A DNA stretch of 63,999 nucleotides, the filler included, from Rhabdomonas costata (lineage: Eukaryota): NCBI GenBank assembly GCA_019059605.1. It is 38 parts of 38 records of this genome, joined end to end, with 100 filler letters (N's around TTAATTAATTAA, not from the genome) between each part and the next. Parts side by side here need not be neighbours in the genome. Positions count along the whole stretch, not along the records: positions 62,419 to 63,999 come from JAHMHO010012559.1; 37 more parts are not named here. One strand, written 5' to 3'. The notes under the pieces were generated by a model that was not told the DNA's origin, made no database searches, and worked only from the letters and a program-made list of their open reading frames with translations. The first letter of the stretch is position 1. Every line of letters starts with the position of its first letter. Position numbers and translations under genes: made by a program. Below are positions 62,419-63,999 of the stretch, one piece after another.

Positions 62419-63653
62419 GGTTGGGGGGGTCTGAATGTCTGTGATCTCCTCGTCGTGGAAAGTCGCTCGCAGCTCCGACAGCCCAAACTGCTCGAGGAGC
62501 TCCCCAACGGGGTCGGTGGCCAGCTCCGCTACTGTGGAGAGGAACACAAGCCACAGAAAGGAGTGCTTGCTTCGCCTTATTCATCTGGATCTTCCCTTCC
62601 TCGCAGGGTTCGACCTCAACGAGTACTGGATGATGTATCGGCGCTACACGTTCTTGTGATGATGTTTCGGCGCTGCTCTTTCTTGGCTGGGGTGAAGGAT
62701 GTGGGAAATCCGAAAAAAAAATGGTGGCAATGGGAGGTCCAGGTCCCGCTAGCCAGATCTTTGTGATTCTTTTCTCTTACAATTGGAGGGACAGCATTCG
62801 ACTTGTCGCCGCTGGAGGGTATTGAGGGGCAAAGGTCAACGTTAGCACTGCAAAAAGGTAAAAAAAAATGAGTGTCAGTGTGTGTGTGTGTGCATTTGTG
62901 CAAGGCACGCAGACCCTGAAGTATCAAGGAAGACCCAATATGTAGTTCTGAGCAGGTTTTGGGATTACGCCCCCCTGATGTAATGAGAGTGCCATCTCAG
63001 AGTCATCCAATCACACCTGGAACCGCAAACACACACTGTACGAGCAATAGGCACTGCTGGTACTCAGTCTGAATTTCAGCCCATAGACAAATGGATTCCC
63101 ACCCACCCACCACAAACCTGTGCACTTCGCCTCTTCCAGTATAAGTCTGCGGTGCTGTGAATCTTCCACCAGGTGTTTCAATTCATCATCCGCGATCATC
63201 GCCAGCACGGCCACCTCGAGAACCTCCTGTGCCCGGGCACCGCTATCCCAATTAAGTTTCTCCACCACACACGCACGCCCACACGCTTCCATACAACAAA
63301 CGTCCACTTAGTCGCGATGCATCAGTACACGTGCATCGCCGGCATATGTTGCGAATAGGTATGCGATGTCAATAGCATGGGCTCTTCACAAAACAGCCGC
63401 ATGCCTCAAAATTCCTTGTCATGGCAACCCGATGGAATCGTAAACCACTGGCTTGCGCAGACATGATGTCCCTGTCATCCGGCACTGCATTTTGTCTGAA
63501 TCTATGAACACATGAGCTGTTGAAGTCAGTCTCTTGTGGCTATGCGGCACCACCCACAAGAGAGCAATTCCCCCGCACCTGCTCCTCAAAGTCCTCCTTG
63601 TAGTGCCCCAGCCCAAGCCTGTCGAGAAGGGCATCGACCTCCCCCATGGGCAT
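62419..63653 (-). CDS. Protein with two SAM-like domains, N-terminal part; exons 63579-63653, 63126-63226, 62781-62847, ~62650-62686, 62419-62531
   Basis: VDALLDRLGLGHYKEDFEEQ-EVLEVAVLAMIADDELKHLV...HRRLIL and VGELLEQFGLSELRATFHDEEITDI. GT-AG junctions; the fourth donor is uncertain. Confidence 0.8.
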
Positions 63654-63999
63654 CCAAGGTTGGGGGAGGGGAGGGAGGTGGCGGCAAGTCGTTACAACAC
63701 CCCACCGCTGTGGGATGGAAAGAACACCAGCATAATAATATTGGCTCAAGAAAAAGCTGCGACGATTGACAGCCTGCACAGAAGAAAAAGACCACTGCGG
63801 TTACCATGCTCAGCTCAAGTTGCGATTTTAACTTTTGAGGCTTTTTACGGAGAGCTAATTATGAGCCTCTCACGGCAACCTCAACGTGGCGGGGCGAACT
63901 TTAACTAGGACTTGGGTAAGCTAAGGAGCGAAGGAAAGGAGGAGGGGGGGGGTCTGTGCCATATTACTGTGGAGCTCCTCCTAGCGGGCCACCCAAAAC

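Noticed and set aside
1-63999. Most ORFs in the supplied six-frame track, and any operon or gene-cluster reading
   Set aside because: They are short shadow ORFs or intron read-throughs, several run into N linkers, and neighbouring contigs are unlinked.
1-63999. tRNA, rRNA or SL-RNA genes
   Set aside because: No recognisable cloverleaf, rRNA conserved block or euglenid SL exon was seen by eye. A covariance-model scan would be needed to exclude them.

Overview
This window is not one locus. It is 38 unrelated short contigs (about 1.58-1.61 kb each) joined by 37 artificial 100-nt linkers (N44-TTAATTAATTAA-N44), so no synteny can be read across linkers. Most contigs start with a G/T-only run and end with an A/C-only run, and six end in fold-back hairpins; both point to degenerate-primer whole-genome amplification. 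The DNA is eukaryotic and intron-rich (GT-AG). A six-exon articulin-type (VPV-repeat) gene and a probable trans-splice acceptor suggest a euglenid (inference). Recognisable gene fragments: articulin, PNKP/APTX-type FHA protein, S8 subtilase, VPS13-like protein, cNMP-binding protein, TMEM8/PGAP6-like protein, plant/green-algal STP-type hexose transporter, an intronless R-S-E ADP-ribosyltransferase with a 93-codon insert flanked by a direct repeat, a Big_9/cadherin-like repeat protein, and TPR and SAM proteins. Several decayed CRE-like/RLE non-LTR retrotransposon pieces and two small repeat families shared between contigs are also present. All family calls come from motif recognition by eye; no database search was run.
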